This document shows positions 45,903 through 54,683 of a stretch of DNA of 64,000 nucleotides, in pieces. The stretch's first letter is position 1; each line of letters starts with the position of its first letter. The translations under genes and the position numbers were made by a program. The stretch is taken from the NCBI GenBank assembly GCA_024681855.1, contig JAILAB010000020.1, forward strand, positions 16,864-80,863. Reading direction: 5' to 3'. The notes beneath the pieces are model-generated. The model ran no database searches. It was not told where the DNA came from and saw only the letters and a list, made by a program, of their open reading frames with translations. The stretch is from Elusimicrobiales bacterium. GTDB lineage: Bacteria; Elusimicrobiota; Elusimicrobia; Elusimicrobiales; UBA9959.

Positions 45903-46182
45903 AGATTTTTATCTGGAATTTATTTATGCCTAAAATACCGGGCTTCTGAATTGCCTGCGCAAAATGACAATTGCATTGTTTGCTCAAATATGAAAAGAAA
46001 AGCATTATTAATTCCTGTGCCTGAAAAATTAAAAGTCTTGAAACTTTAATTTTAATTGAGTAAATTGTATATAGGAACAGCCATTGCGCCTGCTTAAACA
46101 GCTTGCCGAGTTAACCGGCATATATGCAGGAAAAGCATGTTTTCAAGCTTGCGGCTGTTTCAAAACTAAGGAGGAGCAAAGA

Positions 46183-47406
46183 ATGATTGATTTGGTTAAG
46201 CACCTGTCAGTAACCCCCAGACGCACTAAAGCATCAGTTATACGTGAGCTTCTGAAAATAACTAATAAGCCCGGCATCATTTCTTTTGCCGGAGGCCTGC
46301 CCGATCCTAAATGTTTCCCATATGATTTTGTGCGGGAGGCTGCTGCTAAAGTAATAGACCGCTATGGCAGCACGGCATTGCAGTATGGTCCTACCGCAGG
46401 CCTGCCGGAGCTTAAGAACGCTTTTATAAAATATCTTAAGAAATATGAAAATATAGACGCTTCGCCTGAAAACCTTATAATCACTACTGCTTCGCAGCAG
46501 TCCCTTGACATGGTCGGAAGACTTTTCATAGACGCTTCTGATCCTGTCCTCGTGGAAAAGCCCAGCTACATGGGCGCTCTTCAGGTTTTCCGCTCATATG
46601 GCGCGGAGTTTGTCGGAGTTAACATGGATGACGACGGAATTTCCGTGGAAGATTTGGAAAAACAGCTGCTCATCCTTAAAAAGCTGGACGAGCATTATAA
46701 ATTCCTGTATCTTATAACAGATTTCCACAATCCATGCGGAATAACTCTTAAAGAGGAAAAACGCATTAAGCTTGTAGAGCTTTCTAAAAAATATGATCTT
46801 GTCATAGTGGAAGACCTGCCCTACAGGCAGATACGTTTTGAGGGAACGGCTCCCAGGACTCTATACCGGATAGATAAGGAAACTCTTGGCACCAATAATA
46901 TCATATCTCTATACACATTCAGCAAGATTTTTGCCCCCGGCCTGCGCTTGGGAGTGATACTTGCCCATCCTGATATCATACGCAAGCTGGAAATACTTAA
47001 GCAGTCCCTTGATCTCTGCACTTCAAGCCTAAGCCAGCTCATAGCAACAGAATTTTTAGAGAGCGGATATATAGATGAGCATCTGAAAGTAGTGAACTCT
47101 GGCTATAAAGTGAAGAAAGACGCAATGCTTGTCGCCCTTGACAAATATATGCCCGAAGGCGTTTCTTGGACGAAGCCTGAAGGAGGTCTTTTCCTTTGGG
47201 TTCGCCTGCCGGAAAAAATAAGCGCGGATGAGATGTTTGAGGATGCGGTTAACAAGGACCATGTGGCTTATGTGATAGGCTCCGCTTTCCATTGTGATGG
47301 CAGCGGGCAGAACACTATGCGCCTTAATTTCTCTTTCGCTACTCCTGAGGAAATTGATGAAGGAATAAAGCGCCTTGCCGCAGCCATTAAGAAACGCATG
47401 GCTTAA
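46183..47406 (+). CDS. PLP-dependent aminotransferase, class I/II (LysN/KAT-like subgroup)
   Basis: ATG at 46183 preceded by AAGGAGG. ISFAGGLPDPKCFP, YGPTAGLPELK, TFSKIFAPGLRLG (PLP-Lys region), MRLNFS. Confidence 0.8.
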   Translation: MIDLVKHLSVTPRRTKASVIRELLKITNKPGIISFAGGLPDPKCFPYDFVREAAAKVIDRYGSTALQYGPTAGLPELKNAFIKYLKKYENIDASPENLIITTASQQSLDMVGRLFIDASDPVLVEKPSYMGALQVFRSYGAEFVGVNMDDDGISVEDLEKQLLILKKLDEHYKFLYLITDFHNPCGITLKEEKRIKLVELSKKYDLVIVEDLPYRQIRFEGTAPRTLYRIDKETLGTNNIISLYTFSKIFAPGLRLGVILAHPDIIRKLEILKQSLDLCTSSLSQLIATEFLESGYIDEHLKVVNSGYKVKKDAMLVALDKYMPEGVSWTKPEGGLFLWVRLPEKISADEMFEDAVNKDHVAYVIGSAFHCDGSGQNTMRLNFSFATPEEIDEGIKRLAAAIKKRMA

Positions 47407-47433
47407 ATTCGCGCGCATTATTGCCGCTGAAAG

Positions 47434-47468
47434 AAAAAGAACGCCAATAGCTATTGGCGTTCTTTTTT
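47434..47468 (+). terminator. rho-independent terminator
   Basis: aaaaagaacgccaatag/ctattggcgttctttttt: a long perfect inverted repeat followed by a T-run. Confidence 0.85.
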
Positions 47469-47542
47469 ATTGAGGATTGCTGTTTTGCTTAATATTGTAT
47501 AATTAAATTAAAGAATTTAATTTGTTTAGCAGGAGCTGAAAA

Positions 47543-48313
47543 ATGTCATCATCAAAAAGAATACCAATGATTGCCGGCAATTGGAAAATGAATCTGGTTT
47601 CCGGGGAAGCTGCCGAACTTGCTGCAGCTCTTAAAAAGAATTTGAGCCCTGAGCTTAAGCACGAAGTCCTTCTGGCTCCTTCGTTCACTAACTTGCACTG
47701 CGTGCATGAAGCCATAAAAGGGTCTCCTATACTGCTCGCCTCTCAGGATATGGCTTGGGAAGAAAAAGGCGCTTTCACTGGCGCTGTTTCGCCTGCACAG
47801 ATTAAGGATGCCGGTTGCACGCATGCAATCCTGGGCCACAGTGAACGCCGCCATATTTTCCTTGAGACAGATGCTGTCATAAACAAAAAAATGAAAACTG
47901 CCATAAAGGACGGAATAATCCCGATACTCTGCATAGGCGAGATGCTTGAAGACCGCGAAAGCGGTAAAACAAATAATGTTTTGGCCAGCCAGCTGGACGG
48001 AGATTTTGAAGGCATATCTGCTGAAGAGGCCTCAAAGGTAATTATAGCCTATGAGCCTGTATGGGCCATCGGCACTGGCAAGACAGCAACACCTGATGTG
48101 GCTGAATCAACGCATGTTTTCATACGCTCACACATGGAGAAGAAATACGGCAAGGCTTTTGCCGACGCAGTGCGCATACTTTACGGCGGCAGCGTGAAAG
48201 CTTCTAATGTTGATGAGCTAATGGCTCAGCTTGATATTGATGGTGCTCTTGTCGGCGGGGAAAGCCTTAAAGCTGATAAATTCACCCGCGTAATTCATTT
48301 TCAGAAAATCTAA
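47543..48313 (+). CDS. tpiA: triosephosphate isomerase
   Basis: IAGNWKMN, ILGHSERR, AYEPVWAIGTG, YGGSV. AGGAG RBS. Confidence 0.95.
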   Translation: MSSSKRIPMIAGNWKMNLVSGEAAELAAALKKNLSPELKHEVLLAPSFTNLHCVHEAIKGSPILLASQDMAWEEKGAFTGAVSPAQIKDAGCTHAILGHSERRHIFLETDAVINKKMKTAIKDGIIPILCIGEMLEDRESGKTNNVLASQLDGDFEGISAEEASKVIIAYEPVWAIGTGKTATPDVAESTHVFIRSHMEKKYGKAFADAVRILYGGSVKASNVDELMAQLDIDGALVGGESLKADKFTRVIHFQKI

Positions 48314-48326
48314 AGAGGTTTTTATA

Positions 48327-48923
48327 ATGGCAAACACAAATAACAGATCAGAACTGCCCATAGTTGTGGGCGTTTCCAACAAACACATACATCTCACTAA
48401 GGAACATTTCAAAATCCTTTTCGGCGAAGCCGCAGAGCCTACTCTTAAGAAGGCTGTAGGCCAGCCGGGCCAGTTCGCATGCGAGGAAGTGGTAGACATT
48501 GAAGGGCCTCGCGGCATTATGAAAGCTGTAAGGATGCTTGGCCCTTACAGAAGCCACACGCAGCTGGAGCTTTCCAAAGCTGATGCCCGCAAGCTTGGCC
48601 TTGAATGCCCCATACGCGATTCCGGCAAAGTGGAAAATACACCAGGCTTCAAGATAATAGGCCCTAAAGGCACTGTTGAAACCGCAGACGGCGCTATAAT
48701 TGCCAAGCGCCATATACACTTTGCTCCGGCTGACGCAGAGAAATTCGGTGTGAAAGACGGAGAAGATGTTAGCGTTATATGCGGTAAAGGCGGAGACAGG
48801 GAACTGGTTTTCAATAAAGTTCTCGTACGTGTTTCTGATAAATTTGCCCTTGAAATGCATGTGGACGTTGAAGAAGCAAATGCCGCTTGTCTCAAAAATG
48901 GCGACAAAGTATTTGTTCTGTAA
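48327..48923 (+). CDS. pduL: PduL-type phosphate acyltransferase (phosphotransacetylase/propanoyltransferase)
   Basis: 198 aa with the two PduL repeats: VGVSNKHIHLTKEHFKILFG and IAKRHIHFAPADAEKFGVKDGE. Confidence 0.85.
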   Translation: MANTNNRSELPIVVGVSNKHIHLTKEHFKILFGEAAEPTLKKAVGQPGQFACEEVVDIEGPRGIMKAVRMLGPYRSHTQLELSKADARKLGLECPIRDSGKVENTPGFKIIGPKGTVETADGAIIAKRHIHFAPADAEKFGVKDGEDVSVICGKGGDRELVFNKVLVRVSDKFALEMHVDVEEANAACLKNGDKVFVL

Positions 48924-48950
48924 TTTTAAAATCAGCAAGAGAGGCTTAAA

Positions 48951-49610
48951 ATGGAAAACAATGTAAAACTTACTCCTATGATTGACCATACGCTGCTAAA
49001 GGCTGTTGCCACAAAAGAGCAGATAGTGAAACTATGCGAGGAAGCTCGTCAGTATCATTTTGCTTCCGTTTGTGTGAATCCTGCAAATGTCTCCCTGGCC
49101 GCAGAGCAGCTTAAAGGCTCTGGAGTTAAGGTGTGCACTGTAATAGGCTTCCCTCTGGGAGCTAACACATCTGTCGTGAAGGCTTTTGAAGCCACAGATG
49201 CTATTGCCAATGGGGCTGATGAAGTGGACATGGTAATAAATGTCGGCGCAATGAAGGCTGGAGATACGGAACTTGTTTACAATGACATTAAAGCTGTGCG
49301 CGATGCTTCAGCCGGTAAGCTGCTAAAGGTTATAATAGAAACCTGCTATCTTACGGATGAAGAGAAAGTAAAAGCCTGTGAGCTTTCCAAGAAAGCTGGA
49401 GCTGATTTCGTAAAAACATCTACTGGCTTTGGAACAGGCGGAGCCACAGCTGAAGATGTAGCCTTAATGCGCAAAACAGTAGGCCCGGATATGGGCGTAA
49501 AGGCATCCGGCGGCATACGCGATGCGGCAGCTGCGGCAGCTATGGTTAAAGCCGGAGCGAACCGCCTGGGCTGCAGCGCAGGCGTTGCAATAGCCCAGTC
49601 AGAAAAATAA
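48951..49610 (+). CDS. deoC: deoxyribose-phosphate aldolase
   Basis: [27 protein letters not shown] (Schiff-base Lys), VKASGGIR. Confidence 0.92.
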   Translation: MENNVKLTPMIDHTLLKAVATKEQIVKLCEEARQYHFASVCVNPANVSLAAEQLKGSGVKVCTVIGFPLGANTSVVKAFEATDAIANGADEVDMVINVGAMKAGDTELVYNDIKAVRDASAGKLLKVIIETCYLTDEEKVKACELSKKAGADFVKTSTGFGTGGATAEDVALMRKTVGPDMGVKASGGIRDAAAAAAMVKAGANRLGCSAGVAIAQSEK

Positions 49611-49615
49611 GCCTC

Positions 49616-49665
49616 AAGCCTGTTATTCGTTTATCTTAAACAGATAAACAGGCTTTTAGTTTTTA
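49616..49665 (+). terminator. rho-independent terminator 1 after deoC
   Basis: aagcctgtt...(inner gtttatc/gataaac)...aacaggctt followed by ttagttttt. Confidence 0.6.
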
Positions 49666-49667
49666 TG

Positions 49668-49712
49668 AATCACGGATATTCTCTTTCTTTTTGATAGTAT
49701 CCGTGATTTTTT
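49668..49712 (+). terminator. rho-independent terminator 2 (tandem)
   Basis: aatcacggata-(19 nt)-tatccgtgatt followed by tttt. Confidence 0.7.
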
Positions 49713-49795
49713 CAAAATAGGCCATTTATCTCATAGCCCTATGTTGATATTACGGCAGTATTTAGTCTTGAATTTTGTCCGAATCATTTTAAATT

Positions 49796-51358
49796 ATGAA
49801 TAAACTTCTTGCGCTTGTTTTTTTCTCATTGGTTTCCTTGTTTCCGATGTTTGCTTCGGCAGAAACTGCTGAAAATAGCAATGCTGAAACTAAAAACAAT
49901 AAGACAAAATCTGTCGCAGAAAATAATTTAAAGCCTGTTGCAGATTCTATGCCAGCTGCGTCAAAGGCTGAATCTGATGACGGTTTAAAAGATTTGACAG
50001 CTGTCATTCCTGATGAACAGGAGATTTTGTCTGAAGATGTTTCGGATATTTCATTAGAGCCGGAAATATCTTCTGAAACGGCTCATTCAGATGCAGGGCA
50101 GAAAACTTCTTCAGAAGAAGAAGCCTGGATGACGCTTTTCCCTTTCAGTCCGGCGGCAATGAAAGACCCTTCACCGCAGGATACCCGTTCTTTCAGCGAA
50201 ATTTCACAAGCTGAGTATTGGTTCCTTAAAGAGAATCTTTCTGCTGCGAAAGACGATGATACGCGCAAGGCTCTGTTGCTTGCGGTAGATGAATGGATTA
50301 CGGCTTTTAAGGATTCTGAACATGCGGATGACATTCTGCTGGCCAAAGCGGAGCTTTACATGGGCTTGGGGGATAGCCGCAAAGCTCTCATAACATTAAT
50401 GAAGCACCGGCAGGCATATCCTGACTCTCTTCTTAAGGAAGTTGTGAAAGAAAAACTTTCCTCCATAATAAGCAGGAAATATAAAAAGCATGAGACAGCC
50501 CTTAAGGCTCTTGCCGAAGCGGAAGGCAATGGCCGTACATCCCGACTTGCCAGGCTTTATTCAGGACTGGCAGAACAGTTTGGTGATGAGTTTTTTGACC
50601 CGCTTGTCTCTGAATTTAGAGCTTTGCTTGCCGCAGTGCCTGTATATGCCTATAGGGACAGGCTTCTTTTTTCCCTAGCCCAGCTGTATCATTCGCGGGG
50701 ACATTACGATGAGGCTGCCATAACTTATGCGGAAGTAATAAGAGTTTATCCTGAAGGCACGATAATTCCGGCAGCTAAATTAGCTATAGCTGAAATACAG
50801 GCTAGGGAAAAGCGCAATTATCCCGAAGCCATAAGAATATATGAGGAGATAGCCTTAAAATATGAAGGCCAGGAGGAAGCATTTGCTGCTTATAAAGAGC
50901 TTCCCAGGCTGCTTGAGCGCCAAAAAGAGTATGAAGAGGCAGTAAACATATATGAGAAAATAATAGAGCTTTATCCTGATAAGCCTGAGGCAAGGGATGC
51001 TTACAGGGCTGAAACTTCAATCCTTCGTTATGAGCTGAAACATTATGGCGAAGCAATACATGTGATAAAGCGCATGGCAGAGAAATATAAAGACAACAGG
51101 GCGAAGAATGATCTTTACGGAGCAGCCGATATTGCCAGAAACAATTTGAAAAGCCTTGATGAGGAATTGAAAATTTATGATATAATTGCCAAAGATTATG
51201 CGGATCCTAAGAATGCTCCTGCCGCGCTTCTTGCGGCTGCTCAGGCCTGTGAAAGGGCAAAAGAGCCTGCAAAGGCAGAAAATTATTATAATAAGATTCT
51301 AAATTCCTGGCCGGCTTCCCCGCAGGCTAAGAAAGCGGCAAAAGCCTTGGGAAAGTAG
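49796..51358 (+). CDS. secreted TPR protein (BamD/YbgF-type repeats) with an acidic disordered N-terminal region
   Basis: 520 aa with signal peptide MNKLLALVFFSLVSLFPMFASA. Repeats end in YP(D/E)...(YPDSLL, YPEGTI, YPDKPEA, WPASPQA), as in BamD/YbgF-like TPRs. Confidence 0.7.
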   Translation: MNKLLALVFFSLVSLFPMFASAETAENSNAETKNNKTKSVAENNLKPVADSMPAASKAESDDGLKDLTAVIPDEQEILSEDVSDISLEPEISSETAHSDAGQKTSSEEEAWMTLFPFSPAAMKDPSPQDTRSFSEISQAEYWFLKENLSAAKDDDTRKALLLAVDEWITAFKDSEHADDILLAKAELYMGLGDSRKALITLMKHRQAYPDSLLKEVVKEKLSSIISRKYKKHETALKALAEAEGNGRTSRLARLYSGLAEQFGDEFFDPLVSEFRALLAAVPVYAYRDRLLFSLAQLYHSRGHYDEAAITYAEVIRVYPEGTIIPAAKLAIAEIQAREKRNYPEAIRIYEEIALKYEGQEEAFAAYKELPRLLERQKEYEEAVNIYEKIIELYPDKPEARDAYRAETSILRYELKHYGEAIHVIKRMAEKYKDNRAKNDLYGAADIARNNLKSLDEELKIYDIIAKDYADPKNAPAALLAAAQACERAKEPAKAENYYNKILNSWPASPQAKKAAKALGK

Positions 51359-51390
51359 TGTATTAAGCAATTATAAGATAAGGAGAAAAC

Positions 51391-52647
51391 ATGAAGAAAA
51401 AAACTTATTTCTTTCTTGCCCTTGCCTGCGCGGCATTTGTGACAGGATGCAGCTGCAGCTGTAAGACAAAAACGGCTGTTCCAGAGGCTTCCAAGGAGGA
51501 ACTTAATTCAATGACAGAACGTTCAAACAGCATAGCCTTTTCTTTTTATGCCCAGAAAGCGGCAGGAAAAGCGGAAAATTTCTTCTTCTCTCCTTATGGA
51601 ATGAGGGCAGCTTTCGCAATGGCAAGGGACGGGGCAAGAGGCAGCACTGCAGATGAAATGAATAAGGTTTTCTCTTTTCCTGAAAATGAGGAACAGCTCA
51701 GGAATGAAAACCTGGTAATTTCCGCTGCCATGGAAAAAGCGGCGAAAGGAACTGTTTTTTCTGATGCCAATTCTCTTTGGCCGCAAAAAGGCTTTAATTT
51801 TCTGCCAGAATACTTGTCAGGATTAAAAAAATATTATGGCGCTGTTTCTGAAACAGCAGACTATGTGAAAGACATTGATGGCGCTAGAAATAAAATTAAT
51901 TCTTGGGCCGCTAGCAAAACCAATGGAAAGATAAAGGAACTTTTTGCTGAAGGCTCCTTAAACAGCCTTACCAGGCTTGTTCTTGCAAATGCTGTTTATT
52001 TCAAAGGCAGCTGGAGAAAGCCTTTTACAAAAAATTCTTCCTTTGAGGCAGATTTTCATCTTAATTCCGGAGAAAAAGGCAAGGCAATGTTAATGCGGCA
52101 TGAGAGTGAAACATATTTCCCGTATGGGGAAGAAAAAAACATTCAGTTTCTTGCCATGCCGTATAAGGCGGCATCAGAAGAACAGGAAGAGTTCCTTGAA
52201 ATGATGATAATTCTTCCCTATGATAAGAAAGCCTTCATAAATGCCGAGAAAAACCTTAGCTCATCATATATAAAAGAAGCCAGGGAAAAAATGTCAAGCG
52301 AAAAAGTAAGGGTTTTCCTGCCAAAATTTTCTTTTTCTTCATCGCATGATCTTAATGAAGATTTAAAATCACTTGGCATGCGGCTTGCCTTTAATGACAA
52401 GGCAGATTTTTCCGGCATGACAGGAGATAAATCTCTGTATTTGCAGAAAGCAGTGCAAAAAACTTTCATAGATGTTTCGGAAGAGGGAACGGAAGCGGCA
52501 GCTGTTACGGGCATCAGCATGGGACTTAAGTCAATGGCTCCTGTCCCATCAATAATTTTTAGGGCGGATAAACCTTTTATTTTCCTTATACGGGATGTCA
52601 AAACAGGATTAATTCTTTTCATTGGTAAAATAGAAAATCCAAAGTAA
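51391..52647 (+). CDS. serpin (inhibitory type, predicted P1 Lys), lipoprotein signal
   Basis: 418 aa. MKKKTYFFLALACAAFVTGC is a lipobox. NFFFSPYGMRAAFAM, LVLANAVYFKGSWR, hinge/RCL EEGTEAAAVTGISMGLK|SMAP, FRADKPFIFLIRD. AAGGAG RBS. Confidence 0.9.
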   Translation: MKKKTYFFLALACAAFVTGCSCSCKTKTAVPEASKEELNSMTERSNSIAFSFYAQKAAGKAENFFFSPYGMRAAFAMARDGARGSTADEMNKVFSFPENEEQLRNENLVISAAMEKAAKGTVFSDANSLWPQKGFNFLPEYLSGLKKYYGAVSETADYVKDIDGARNKINSWAASKTNGKIKELFAEGSLNSLTRLVLANAVYFKGSWRKPFTKNSSFEADFHLNSGEKGKAMLMRHESETYFPYGEEKNIQFLAMPYKAASEEQEEFLEMMIILPYDKKAFINAEKNLSSSYIKEAREKMSSEKVRVFLPKFSFSSSHDLNEDLKSLGMRLAFNDKADFSGMTGDKSLYLQKAVQKTFIDVSEEGTEAAAVTGISMGLKSMAPVPSIIFRADKPFIFLIRDVKTGLILFIGKIENPK

Positions 52648-52681
52648 TAATAAATATGCTATAATTTTTTTAACACATTTA

Positions 52682-52755
52682 CGGGGTGTGGCTCAGCTGG
52701 CTAGAGCGCTCGCTTCGGGTGCGAGAGGTCGTGAGTTCAAATCTCACCACCCCGA
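52682..52755 (+). tRNA. tRNA-Pro (anticodon CGG)
   Basis: Acceptor CGGGGTG/CACCCCG, D arm GCTC..GAGC, anticodon stem CTCGC/GCGAG with loop TTCGGGT (G37), T arm GTGAG-TTCAAAT-CTCAC. No encoded CCA. Confidence 0.9.
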
Positions 52756-52764
52756 AAAAGAAAA

Positions 52765-52797
52765 AGCGGAAGAATTGATGATGCTTCCGCTTTTTTT
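52765..52797 (+). terminator. rho-independent terminator after tRNA-Pro
   Basis: gcggaag-(11 nt)-cttccgc followed by ttttttt. Confidence 0.8.
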
Positions 52798-52825
52798 GTA
52801 AAAAGAAAATACAATGGAGATTGTG

Positions 52826-53851
52826 ATGGATAAAAAAACATCAGTTATTTTTTGCAAAAGAGCCTTAGCTGGCTTTTTGTCTGCCATGCTTGTTGCTGGA
52901 ATGAGCGTAAAAGCATTGGCACAGGTAGATCCTCTTGCTGAGCAGATTACGGATCATTTTATATATTCAGTGGCTATGGGCATTTCAGACCAGAACAGCT
53001 TTATGTCTTTTTCGCTTAATGATATAGGCAATCAGACACTGTTTGCCCCTGCGGCGGCTGGCCTTAACAGCGGTGATGTATGCGGCACTGGCGCATGCGT
53101 AGGAAATCTCCATATAAAAGCTTTTGCTAACAGCGATAATCTGCGCGATTCAGATATGCTGGATGACAATGCTGGCGTGGTGGCGGCATTTAGCACAGAC
53201 CGCATTTATGATGCCTTTGATGCCCGCTATTCTGTGTTTGGCGGATACATGATTTCCCGCATGAAATATGAGGCTTCCATAGGCACAAAAGATCATCATG
53301 AAAACAATATCCCTTTCGCTGGACTGTCCGCTGAGTTTTATAAAGGTCATTTCTTCGGAGGCTTTGTTCTTAATGGCGCTTATGCCCATACAAAAACAAT
53401 GTTTGAAGGAGCAGATGACCGCTCAAGCGATTCCTGGATGGGCGGAGCTGGCGTAAAAGCAGGTTATAATATGAACCTGTTCAGTCATTTTGCCCTGCAG
53501 CCCTTTGGCAAAGCCTCATATACTTATTTCAAAATGGAAAATCAGGAGACTCCTGCCGGAGAAATAGATTTCCATGCCATGCATGGCGTATCTCTTGCCC
53601 CCGGAATGAAAGGCGTTTTGAATCTTGGAAAATGCTGGGAACTTGCCGGCTTCGGCAATTATGTTTGGGATTATATGACTTATAACGATGTAAAGGCAGA
53701 TTCCACAGCTGATGAGATGCTGAATTATGTGGAATACGGCTTGGGCCTTCAGAAGAAATGGTCTTCAGTCATTCTTTCTGCCAATGGCAAGCGCCGTGAA
53801 GGCAAACGCTATGGCTGGTATGCCGACCTTAATTTGGAAGTAAGGTTCTGA
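52826..53851 (+). CDS. outer-membrane beta-barrel protein (autotransporter beta-domain-like, no sizeable passenger)
   Basis: ATG at 52826 with GGAG 6 nt upstream (the track start is 52814). Signal ...LSAMLVAGMSVKALAQ. Alternating beta-strand pattern ending YGWYADLNLEVRF (terminal Phe). Confidence 0.6.
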   Translation: MDKKTSVIFCKRALAGFLSAMLVAGMSVKALAQVDPLAEQITDHFIYSVAMGISDQNSFMSFSLNDIGNQTLFAPAAAGLNSGDVCGTGACVGNLHIKAFANSDNLRDSDMLDDNAGVVAAFSTDRIYDAFDARYSVFGGYMISRMKYEASIGTKDHHENNIPFAGLSAEFYKGHFFGGFVLNGAYAHTKTMFEGADDRSSDSWMGGAGVKAGYNMNLFSHFALQPFGKASYTYFKMENQETPAGEIDFHAMHGVSLAPGMKGVLNLGKCWELAGFGNYVWDYMTYNDVKADSTADEMLNYVEYGLGLQKKWSSVILSANGKRREGKRYGWYADLNLEVRF

Positions 53852-53872
53852 GCGGGTATTTAATAGGAGAAT

Positions 53873-54526
53873 ATGACAATGAAAAATTTAATGCTTTTAA
53901 TTATCTCCGCAGGCTTTCTGACTGGCTGCGGCCTTTCATACTGCCGCGAAAATATGTGCGGCAGCTGCCAGACTGCTGAAGAGGCTCCTGCTCCGGTAAA
54001 AAAAGAAGAGCCTAAGAAACCGGTAGAGCAGCCTAAGCCTAAGCCGGTAGAGCAGCCTAAGCCGGTGGCAACGCCGACCGTGGTAATTGACAATGAAGAT
54101 GAGGCAATAACCCTCGGAGCTACTACATTTAAATATAATGCTTACGACTTCACTGATGAAGCTAAAGCAAATCTTGATGTTCTTGCCAATTACATGAAGC
54201 TCCATAAGAAATCTACAATAACTGTTGAAGGCCATACTGACAGCATTGGCTCCGCAGCTGCTAATCAGGATATTTCCGAGAAGCGCGCCAATGCCGTTAA
54301 GAATTACCTTGTTGACAGCGGCATAGACGAAAAGCGCATAACCACTAAGGGGTATGGCAAAACCAAACCTATTGCTACTAACAAAACAAGAGAAGGCCGT
54401 GCAAAGAACCGCCGCATTGAGATTGTTTTTAACAACTCAAAGGCTGCGGCTCAAAAGGCAGCAGCTGCTAAGAAAGCAGCAGCCGCAGTCCAAAAGACAG
54501 CAGCTCAGAAAACAGCTGTAAAATAA
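53873..54526 (+). CDS. OmpA/Pal-family peptidoglycan-binding lipoprotein
   Basis: Lipobox LIISAGFLTGC. OmpA_C motifs TVEGHTDSIGSAAANQDISEKRANAVKNYL and NRRIEI. Pro/Lys repeat linker and an A/K-rich C-terminal tail. An alternative start lies at 53879. Confidence 0.85.
   Translation: MTMKNLMLLIISAGFLTGCGLSYCRENMCGSCQTAEEAPAPVKKEEPKKPVEQPKPKPVEQPKPVATPTVVIDNEDEAITLGATTFKYNAYDFTDEAKANLDVLANYMKLHKKSTITVEGHTDSIGSAAANQDISEKRANAVKNYLVDSGIDEKRITTKGYGKTKPIATNKTREGRAKNRRIEIVFNNSKAAAQKAAAAKKAAAAVQKTAAQKTAVK
54011..54061 (+). repeat. short in-frame tandem repeat encoding (PK)PVEQPKP in the Pal-like linker
   Basis: ccggtagagcagcctaag occurs at 54020-54037 and again at 54044-54061 (24-nt period). cctaag occurs 4 times. 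Confidence 0.8.
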
Positions 54527-54552
54527 ATAATTAGGCTGACTTAGCCTGTAAG

Positions 54553-54590
54553 GTAAAGGGACAGTATTTTCGCTGTCCCTTTACTCTTTA
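54553..54590 (+). terminator. rho-independent terminator
   Basis: gtaaagggacag-(8 nt)-ctgtccctttac followed by tcttta. Confidence 0.7.
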
Positions 54591-54683
54591 TTAAAGTCAT
54601 TTTTTTTGCTAATATTGATATTAAAGCATGTTGTTTTCCGGCAACTTTTTAATGCGGCTATTTTAATATAATTTTTAAGGCAG

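Noticed and set aside
48348-48989. 213-aa minus-strand ORF antisense to pduL
   Set aside because: pduL on the + strand has both diagnostic repeats. The antisense product has no motif and an implausible composition, so it is a shadow ORF. The same reasoning rejects 20017-20577(-), 48545-48907(-), 55699-56170(-), 56465-56989(-) and the other short overlapping ORFs in the track.
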